Origin: a virus
Length of the DNA: 5,764 nucleotides
Strand: one strand, 5' to 3'
Virus record (IMG/VR): IMGVR_UViG_3300029214_000065
The translations under genes and the position numbers were made by a program. The notes below the pieces were generated by a model that saw only the letters and a program-made list of their open reading frames with translations, did no database searches and was not told the DNA's origin. This document shows, one piece after another, positions 1-5,143 of the stretch. Positions within the stretch are counted from its first letter, which is position 1. Every line of letters starts with the position of its first letter.

Positions 1-94
1 ACTACAATCTATAGAAAACATGCAAGAGCAGCTAAGAGGAATGATAGCTGACAACGACATAAAAGTCGAAACAAAAGAGGAAAAAATACAACAG
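1..94. repeat. Terminal redundancy, copy 1 (identical to 5671-5764). It marks the circular junction of the 5670-bp genome.
   Basis: Exact 94/94 nt identity between 1-94 and 5671-5764, read directly from the sequence. The VP2 reading frame is continuous across the junction. Confidence 0.9.
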
Positions 95-604
95 GCATGG
101 TGGGATATGAGAAACGCTATGGGTACAGCCATGGTTAAAGAAGCAGAAATCGGGCTCACTAAGAGCCAAAAGGAATTAGTTGACAAAGAGGTCAACTATT
201 TTATCTATCGAATTGTAACCGATAGACTAAAAGCAAACGCCGCAGGGAAATCTGCGGACGCCTCAATGCTAGGAGCAGAGGCACAGAAAGAATCTGCCAA
301 AGCACGTTGGCTCGATGCTGAAACAAATCAGCAAAAAGCACGAGTGTTTGCCGACGAAGTAAAAGCAAAAATAGAATATATGGGCGAGAGAATCGACATA
401 GAAAAAGAAAAGATTTTACAAGACTGGATATATAAATCGATTAACGCAGGGATTCAAATCGGAGATTTGATTTCAACTTTTACACCACAAGGTGCCGCAA
501 TAAAGACGGTAAAATCTGTATTCGGTCAAAAAAAACCGAAGCAATATGATACACCAACAGGTGGAAAACCGTGGTGGGAAGCAGACGAGTACAAAGGTCG
601 ATAA
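2..604 (+). CDS. VP2: C-terminal portion of the VP2-like minor capsid / DNA pilot protein (Microviridae H/VP2 family). The gene starts at 5144 and wraps across the circular junction; the ATG at 20 is internal.
   Basis: Frame (codons start at positions congruent to 2 mod 3) is open from position 2 and identical to the ORF that starts at 5144. It ends at TAA 602-604. Composition is Ala/Gln/Lys/Glu-rich and coiled-coil-like, typical of pilot proteins. The provided ORF 20-604 is just the first internal Met. Confidence 0.8.
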   Translation, partial: LQSIENMQEQLRGMIADNDIKVETKEEKIQQAWWDMRNAMGTAMVKEAEIGLTKSQKELVDKEVNYFIYRIVTDRLKANAAGKSADASMLGAEAQKESAKARWLDAETNQQKARVFADEVKAKIEYMGERIDIEKEKILQDWIYKSINAGIQIGDLISTFTPQGAAIKTVKSVFGQKKPKQYDTPTGGKPWWEADEYKGR

Positions 605-620
605 CGTTCCACGTGAAACA

Positions 621-650
621 ATGCGGGCTAACAACCCGCATTATTTTTTT
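621..650 (+). terminator. Rho-independent terminator after VP2 (analogue of phiX174 T_H), immediately upstream of Rep.
   Basis: Perfect 7-bp GC-rich stem ATGCGGG(621-627)/CCCGCAT(635-641) with 7-nt loop CTAACAA, followed by TATTTTTTT (642-650). The T-run is conspicuous on this otherwise T-poor strand. It lies 17 nt after the VP2 stop. Confidence 0.65.
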
Positions 651-675
651 ATAAATCATTATAAATCAAGATATT

Positions 676-1587
676 ATGTGTCTATATACCGAATATATGA
701 TTAATAAAAAGTATCTACCAAACAAAAAAAACGGCGGTAAACCTCCTGTATGCAAGGATATGCGAACTTATTACGTACCGGTAAAGTGCGGAAAATGTTT
801 GGAATGCAAACAGCAAAAGCAAAGAGAATGGATAGTAAGATTATCCGAAGAAATAAGAAATGATAACAACTGTTTATTCGTTACACTGACATTCAACGAA
901 ACAAACTTGAAATCATTTCAATGTTCAGACGAAAATGAAACCGCAACACTAGCAGTAAGACTATTCCTAGAAAGAATCAGAAAAAAAACAGGAAAATCTG
1001 TTAAGCATTGGCTAATAACAGAACTAGGAGAAAAGAACGGCAGAATACATCTACACGGTCTAATCTGGACAAATGCAAGCCTGATTAAGGAAAAATGGCA
1101 ATACGGTAACGTATTCATAGGAACATTCGTAAACGAGCGAACTATATTCTACATAACAAAATACATGCTAAAAGAACAAATAATAAAGCCAAATTTCGAA
1201 GGAAAAATATTGTGTAGTAGCGGTATAGGGAAAAGCTATTTAAATCGAGCAGACGCAAAAAGAAACGCATTTAAAGGGGAAGATACAAACGAAACCTACA
1301 GATTAAAAAACGGACAAAAAATAAACTTACCTACATATTACAGAAACAAACTATATGATGAAGAGCAAAAGGACCAGCTTTGGATTGCAAAACAAGAAAG
1401 AGGATATCGCTATATAATGGGAGAAAAGGTAAGTACAGAAGACGAAACTACATACATGAATCTGTTAAGATTCTATCAAGAAAAAGGGAAAAGAATACAC
1501 AATGACAATCCTGAAAAATGGGACAAAGAAAAGCACCTAAAAAGACTAAAAAAATTGCAAGCATATCGAAAAAAGAACAAGCTATAA
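676..1587 (+). CDS. VP4: Rolling-circle replication initiator protein (Microviridae VP4 / phiX gene A family, HUH endonuclease).
   Basis: 303-aa ORF. The N-terminus MCLY...VPVKCGKCLECK..REW matches the gokushovirus VP4 Cys-cluster N-terminus (VPCGKCxxCR..W). RCR motif I is LFVTLTF (877-894), motif II is RIHLHGLIW (HUH, ~1039-1065) and motif III is FYITKYMLK (two catalytic Tyr, 1147-1173). An alternative start at ATG 697 is possible. Confidence 0.93.
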   Translation: MCLYTEYMINKKYLPNKKNGGKPPVCKDMRTYYVPVKCGKCLECKQQKQREWIVRLSEEIRNDNNCLFVTLTFNETNLKSFQCSDENETATLAVRLFLERIRKKTGKSVKHWLITELGEKNGRIHLHGLIWTNASLIKEKWQYGNVFIGTFVNERTIFYITKYMLKEQIIKPNFEGKILCSSGIGKSYLNRADAKRNAFKGEDTNETYRLKNGQKINLPTYYRNKLYDEEQKDQLWIAKQERGYRYIMGEKVSTEDETTYMNLLRFYQEKGKRIHNDNPEKWDKEKHLKRLKKLQAYRKKNKL

Positions 1588-1640
1588 TTATAATATTATA
1601 TTTTATTTAATTATAAAGAAATATATATGATGATAATAGC

Positions 1641-1760
1641 CTGTTGAAACTGTTGATAAAGTAGTTAATTAACTGAAAATAAGAAAATTAAAATGTTAAT
1701 AAACTGTTGATAAGTTTTTGATAAATAATAAGGAAATAATTTGGAAATTTAAAAACAGAA
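1641..1760 (+). repeat. Iteron-like repeat cluster in the AT-rich intergenic region. It contains AACTGTTGATAA x2 (1648-1659, 1702-1713), the TTGATAA core x4 (1653, 1707, 1718, 1866) and ~40-bp imperfect direct repeat R1 (1718-1756), which is repeated as R2 at 1866-1905.
   Basis: Direct reading. R1 is TTGATAAATAATAAGGAAATAATTTGGAAATTTAAAAA and R2 is TTGATAAATAAAGGAAAATATATTTGGAAAATTAAAAT, about 85% identical with small indels. CTGTTGA also occurs at 1641-1647. Confidence 0.6.
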
Positions 1761-1887
1761 TTTCGTAAAATAAAAAACGAAAAATACAAATTTTAAAGGA
1801 AAAAGTTTTAAACAAGTTATAAACAGGATATCAACCGATTTTAATATAGTTATTAACAAGTTATGTTGATAAATAAAGGAAAATATA

Positions 1888-1920
1888 TTTGGAAAATTAA
1901 AATAAATAACAGTATATTTG
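1888..1920 (+). promoter_or_regulatory. Candidate Bacteroidetes sigma-A-type promoter: -33 TTTG (1888-1891), 21-nt spacer, -7 TATATTTG (1913-1920). A second exact TATATTTG lies at 1884-1891.
   Basis: Exact matches to the Bacteroides consensus -33 TTTG / -7 TAnnTTTG with 19-21 nt spacing (established consensus). TTTG is rare on this T-poor strand. The first ATG downstream is at 1935. No other TAnnTTTG was found elsewhere in the genome. Confidence 0.4.
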
Positions 1921-1934
1921 TAAAAAAACAAAAT

Positions 1935-2120
1935 ATGATAAAAGAGAAATACGAAATCGAAATATACGATATAACAACAAACAGTATATCAGTATATGTA
2001 CAAGAAGCAACATCATTTTATAAGGCATTTTTAGCAGCAAAAGCCATGCAAAGAGTTTACAAAAACAATTGGAATAGAAAAACAGAAATACTAAGAATAG
2101 AAAAAAAATATTCCACGTAA
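1935..2120 (+). CDS. Small hypothetical protein p61 (MIKEKYEIEIYDITTNSISVYVQEATSFYKAFLAAKAMQRVYKNNWNRKTEILRIEKKYST). First ORF downstream of the candidate promoter. The ORF is open from ATG 1863 (85 aa), but that start would lie inside or upstream of the promoter.
   Basis: Open frame 1863-2120 with TAA stop. Codon third positions are A-rich like the recognised genes. The in-frame ATG 1935 lies ~15 nt downstream of the -7 box. No recognisable domain. Confidence 0.35.
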   Translation: MIKEKYEIEIYDITTNSISVYVQEATSFYKAFLAAKAMQRVYKNNWNRKTEILRIEKKYST

Positions 2121-2145
2121 ATAACCAATTAATTAATAAATAAAG

Positions 2146-2301
2146 ATGTTTTACAAATGGATATTAAAAATCGTACACCAACAAAGTGGAGAAATAAGAG
2201 AAATAGAAAAACAAGAATCTCTTACAAAAATTGCATCATGGGAAAAAGAAATCAAAAAATCAGGGTGGGAAATCATAACCATAAAAAAGATATACTTATA
2301 A
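2146..2301 (+). CDS. Alternative overlapping small ORF p51 (MFYKWILKIVHQQSGEIREIEKQESLTKIASWEKEIKKSGWEIITIKKIYL). Mutually overlapping with p58, and at most one of the two is likely real.
   Basis: 51-aa ORF, hand-translated. It has a protein-like mixed composition and A-rich third codon positions with many GAA codons. No homology recognised. Confidence 0.2.
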   Translation: MFYKWILKIVHQQSGEIREIEKQESLTKIASWEKEIKKSGWEIITIKKIYL

Positions 2302-2333
2302 TAAAAACAATATACGGAAAATTTAGATTATGA
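2157..2333 (+). CDS. Small extremely basic protein p58 (MDIKNRTPTKWRNKRNRKTRISYKNCIMGKRNQKIRVGNHNHKKDILIIKTIYGKFRL). Candidate ssDNA-binding/packaging protein (phiX J / gokushovirus VP8-like role).
   Basis: 58-aa ORF translated by hand (below the 60-aa track cut-off). It has 19 Lys+Arg against 2 acidic residues. Its TGA stop (2331-2333) overlaps the ATG of p66 (2330-2332) in an ATGA coupling arrangement. It overlaps an alternative ORF in another frame (2146-2301). Confidence 0.3.
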   Translation: MDIKNRTPTKWRNKRNRKTRISYKNCIMGKRNQKIRVGNHNHKKDILIIKTIYGKFRL

Positions 2334-2530
2334 ATGACAAAACAAAACAATTAATCAAAAATATCATTGTAGCCGTATTATCAGCCATATTAACATGGCT
2401 AGGAGTAAGCTGCACTAACATGTTGTCAATCAGTAAAAACAACAAAGGAAGCAATCAAACAATCGAAAACAAAACAAGCGGAGAAGCAACAGCAGACAGC
2501 ACAAGTATTAATTTATTCAATAAAAAATAA
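2330..2530 (+). CDS. Small membrane-targeted protein p66 with an N-terminal signal/anchor (K-rich n-region, 15-aa hydrophobic core IIVAVLSAILTWLGV, then SC). Candidate single-gene lysis protein or lipoprotein/secreted peptide.
   Basis: ORF 66 aa. The sequence is MNDKTKQLIKN + IIVAVLSAILTWLGVSC + a polar Ser/Asn/Thr-rich tail. GVS|C fits an SPase I (-3,-1 small) site or an imperfect lipobox. It is tightly packed with its neighbours (ATGA overlap upstream, 1-nt gap to p88). Confidence 0.55.
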   Translation: MNDKTKQLIKNIIVAVLSAILTWLGVSCTNMLSISKNNKGSNQTIENKTSGEATADSTSINLFNKK

Positions 2531-2531
2531 A

Positions 2532-2798
2532 ATGGAAATAGAAGAATTATTCGTAGTACGACCTGTATCTGAGGAACAAAAAGAATTCATTATAACTGTA
2601 GGAAAACACCTAGCAACGACAAAAAGATTCAAAACAAAAAAATCAGCAGAAACGTATATCAAATACCCTAAATGGGACACCACATTTGCGCTAGTCGCCG
2701 AAATGCTTGAATCGAAAAACGCAGCGGAAAGTCAAATTAAAGAAAATGCTAAAAAAGTAGTAAATAAAATCATTAACGACACAACAAAAGAATCATGA
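2532..2798 (+). CDS. Hypothetical protein p88, immediately upstream of and translationally coupled to the major capsid gene. Possible scaffold or DNA-binding accessory protein; function unknown.
   Basis: ORF 88 aa (MEIEELFVVRPVSEEQKEFIITVGKHLATTKRFKTKKSAETYIKYPKWDTT...). Its TGA stop overlaps the VP1 ATG (ATGA at 2795-2798). No TM segment and no recognisable motif. Confidence 0.5.
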   Translation: MEIEELFVVRPVSEEQKEFIITVGKHLATTKRFKTKKSAETYIKYPKWDTTFALVAEMLESKNAAESQIKENAKKVVNKIINDTTKES

Positions 2799-4735
2799 GC
2801 ATTACAAAATCAATCGGAAAAAACACTTTGGGCGGCGGAAAAAAAATGAACGTCCAAATGAGAAGTTATGAAAGATCAACACACGACCTATCATACGCGT
2901 GGCGCAGTACAATGGGAATCGGAACACTAGTTCCATTCCTATGTGAAATCGGATTACCAGGGGACACATGGGACATCAATCTGGTAGAAAAAGTACTGAC
3001 AAAACCAACAACAGGACCACTATTCGGCAGTTACAAAATGCAAATGGATATTTTCACCTGCCCAATAAGACTATATAACGCACTACTGCACAACAATGCA
3101 CTTAATGTAGGCTTAGACATGAAACAAGTTAAATTACCTGAATTTAACGTAAGCTGTCCAGCAGCATGTTATCCTGAAAAATCGAATGGCAACCAATGGA
3201 TTCAAGTAAACCCAAGCAGTATTTTCGCATACCTAGGAAGAAGAGGATTTACGGGGAGAAAACAAGGAATCTCATTCAACGCAACACCCGAAATTGCATA
3301 TTACGACATATTTAAGAACTACTATGCAAATAAACAAGAAGAAAACTGGTACATGGTTGACTATGACGGATACTGTACTATACAGGACAACTTAAGTTAT
3401 GATAGCAAAGGAAACGTAACAGATGGGTACTTTATATTCTATCCTAAAACAATAACCCAAACAACACAAGAAACAATAGGACCATTATACACATACACAT
3501 TCGGAGAGAAAGAATGGAATTTCACAACAATAACAGGCTGGTTTAATTTCACAGTCAACCAAGCAAACAACTACGTTAAAGTAACACTTAAAAACGAATA
3601 CAAAGCGACAACAACCGGAGTGGGGTTACCAATCGGTGGAAAATTAGCATCAGTAAAATTAATAATGGCAAAATCGATATTAAAAAGTTGGAAACTTACC
3701 GATATTGATGACATAAGAGAAAAAATCTTAGCCGCAGGAAGTACAGAAATATCATTCAATCAAAACGGAAAAACATATCTGGACTATTTGACAAAATACA
3801 CAGGAACAGCCACAACCGGCGGTAGTACTGCAATGAAAAGCAGTTACCCAATGTTCGGACTAGCAATAAAAACACTACAAAGCGACATCTTTAATAACTG
3901 GATTAATACAGAATGGATAGACGGTGATAACGGAATCAGCGCAATTACGGCAATCAGTACCGAATCAGGGTCATTCACAATCGACCAGCTCAACCTTTCA
4001 AAGAAAGTATATGATATGCTAAACAGAATCGCGCTATCTGGCGGAACTTATAAAGACTGGATAGAAACAGTATACACCAATGACTACACAATACATGCAG
4101 AAACACCAGTATACGAGGGTGGCGCATCATGTGAAATTGTATTTAATGAAGTAGTAGCAACCGGAGGAAATGAAACATTAGGTACATTAGCAGGTAGAGG
4201 TATATCAACAGGGCACAAAAACGGTAAATTACACCTAAAAATCAAAGAACCATGTTACGTTATAGGTATAGTAAGTATAACACCAAGAGTAGACTATTGT
4301 CAAGGAAACGCATGGCACACAGACTTGAAAACAATGGATGACTTGCATAAACCACAGCTAGACGGTATCGGTTTTCAAGACTTAACCTGCGATAAAATGG
4401 CATGGTGGAAAGACTACGACAGCGACGGAAAGAAATACGCAGTAGGGAAACAACCAGCATGGTTAGATTACATGACTAACTTCAATAAAACCTATGGCAA
4501 TTTTGCAATAGAAAATTCAGAATCATTCATGGTATTAAACAGATGGTACTACCCAAAAAACTCGTCAAACAACTGGAATACAGAAGAACTAAACACAACA
4601 ACATATATCAATCCTGAAGATTACAACTACATATTCGCCGACACTTCTTTAGGAAGTCAAAACTTTTGGGTACAAATCGGGGTCGGCATCGAATGTCGAA
4701 GAAAAATGAGTGCAAAACAAATACCAAATTTTTAA
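2795..4735 (+). CDS. VP1: Major capsid protein VP1 (Microviridae F/VP1 family), 646 aa. The size is consistent with alpavirus/gokushovirus-type VP1 carrying a large surface insertion.
   Basis: The N-terminal region RSYERSTHDLSYAWRSTMGIGTLVPFLCEIGLPGDTWDINL matches the conserved Microviridae MCP signature (RSxFDLSH..kTTfdaGxLvPi..eVLPGDTf). It is the longest ORF. Alternative internal start at ATG 2846 (MNVQMR). Confidence 0.93.
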   Translation: MSITKSIGKNTLGGGKKMNVQMRSYERSTHDLSYAWRSTMGIGTLVPFLCEIGLPGDTWDINLVEKVLTKPTTGPLFGSYKMQMDIFTCPIRLYNALLHNNALNVGLDMKQVKLPEFNVSCPAACYPEKSNGNQWIQVNPSSIFAYLGRRGFTGRKQGISFNATPEIAYYDIFKNYYANKQEENWYMVDYDGYCTIQDNLSYDSKGNVTDGYFIFYPKTITQTTQETIGPLYTYTFGEKEWNFTTITGWFNFTVNQANNYVKVTLKNEYKATTTGVGLPIGGKLASVKLIMAKSILKSWKLTDIDDIREKILAAGSTEISFNQNGKTYLDYLTKYTGTATTGGSTAMKSSYPMFGLAIKTLQSDIFNNWINTEWIDGDNGISAITAISTESGSFTIDQLNLSKKVYDMLNRIALSGGTYKDWIETVYTNDYTIHAETPVYEGGASCEIVFNEVVATGGNETLGTLAGRGISTGHKNGKLHLKIKEPCYVIGIVSITPRVDYCQGNAWHTDLKTMDDLHKPQLDGIGFQDLTCDKMAWWKDYDSDGKKYAVGKQPAWLDYMTNFNKTYGNFAIENSESFMVLNRWYYPKNSSNNWNTEELNTTTYINPEDYNYIFADTSLGSQNFWVQIGVGIECRRKMSAKQIPNF

Positions 4736-4738
4736 AGT

Positions 4739-5038
4739 ATGGGAAAAATTTTTAAACCTCAAGTAAAATTCGGGTTTCTAGAAACATATTCAGGAGAAAC
4801 AATTGAAACAAAGGTAGAACGTGTAACAGCTAATAATGAACCAATTACAGACGGGGCAGAAATTGTATACACAGAAAAAAAGAACGGTGTAATGCCTGAA
4901 TATAATGTCAGAACGGACAAGTGGGAAATTGCACAAGGAGCAATGGACAGAGTTCATGCGAACAAAATAGCACAAAGTAAATCATACGCAAATCCTGACA
5001 AAAAGAAAGACGAATCAACCGCACCAACAGCGGAATAA
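4739..5038 (+). CDS. Hypothetical acidic protein p99 between VP1 and VP2. Possible internal scaffolding (VP3-like) or other structural accessory protein; unverified.
   Basis: ORF 99 aa starting 4 nt after the VP1 stop (operon-like packing). It is Glu/Lys-rich with a K/D/E/S tail and A-rich third codon positions. No motif recognised with confidence. Confidence 0.5.
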   Translation: MGKIFKPQVKFGFLETYSGETIETKVERVTANNEPITDGAEIVYTEKKNGVMPEYNVRTDKWEIAQGAMDRVHANKIAQSKSYANPDKKKDESTAPTAE

Positions 5039-5067
5039 ACACTCACAACATATGAGTTAATAAATTA

Positions 5068-5084
5068 ACATGCGGTACGCATGT
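5068..5084 (+). other. Perfect GC-rich hairpin/palindrome ACATGCG-GTA-CGCATGT (7-bp stem, 3-nt loop) in the p99-VP2 spacer. Candidate mRNA-stabilising/terminator-like structure or complementary-strand origin element.
   Basis: Direct reading. The reverse complement of 5068-5074 equals 5078-5084. It lies 30 nt after the p99 stop. Confidence 0.5.
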
Positions 5085-5105
5085 GTTCTAATATATCGAG
5101 AATAC

Positions 5106-5136
5106 AGCGTATCGCTTTTTTATAACCAAAAAAGCG
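5106..5136 (+). other. Second set of alternative hairpins just upstream of the VP2 start: AGCG-TAT-CGCT + T6 (5106-5122, weak terminator-like) or CGCTTTTTT/AAAAAAGCG (5113-5121 / 5128-5136, 9-bp stem, loop ATAACC).
   Basis: Direct reading of inverted repeats. The two structures are mutually exclusive (shared CGCT), which suggests a regulatory switch or attenuator 8-30 nt before the VP2 ATG. Confidence 0.4.
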
Positions 5137-5143
5137 CGAAAAA

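Noticed and set aside
20-604. ORF 20-604 (194 aa) as an independent gene
   Set aside because: The frame is open upstream to position 2 and continuous with the ORF starting at 5144 across the circular junction. The ATG at 20 is an internal Met of VP2.
606-617. CACGTG palindrome (610-615) after the VP2 stop
   Set aside because: Only a 6-bp core with imperfect flanks; most likely chance, and overshadowed by the adjacent canonical terminator.
918-1118. Minus-strand ORF 66 aa inside Rep
   Set aside because: Antisense to the well-supported Rep gene, with no start context or conservation signal; a chance ORF.
1740-1775. Second promoter in repeat copy R1 (TTTG at 1740-1743)
   Set aside because: At the expected -7 distance the sequence is GAATTTCG, not TAnnTTTG. 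It looks like a degenerate duplicate of the R2 promoter rather than a functional one.
1749-1931. Minus-strand ORF 60 aa (Phe-rich) in the AT-rich region
   Set aside because: The Phe/Tyr/Ile-rich product is just the complement of A-rich DNA. It overlaps the promoter and iteron region, and its orientation is inconsistent with the rest of the genome.
1863-1934. ATG 1863 as the start of the 85-aa ORF
   Set aside because: The candidate -33/-7 promoter elements lie inside this stretch, so the 5' part is probably untranslated and ATG 1935 is the more plausible start. Kept only as an alternative.
1588-2330. CRISPR array or tRNA in the AT-rich region
   Set aside because: The repeats are short, imperfect and irregularly spaced, with no repeat-spacer periodicity. 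No cloverleaf-capable GC-containing segment is present.
3571-3759. Minus-strand ORF 62 aa inside VP1
   Set aside because: Antisense to the capsid gene; chance ORF.
4260-4460. Minus-strand ORF 66 aa inside VP1
   Set aside because: Antisense to the capsid gene; chance ORF.
4790-4975. Minus-strand ORF 61 aa inside p99
   Set aside because: Antisense; Cys/Phe-rich complement of A-rich coding sequence.
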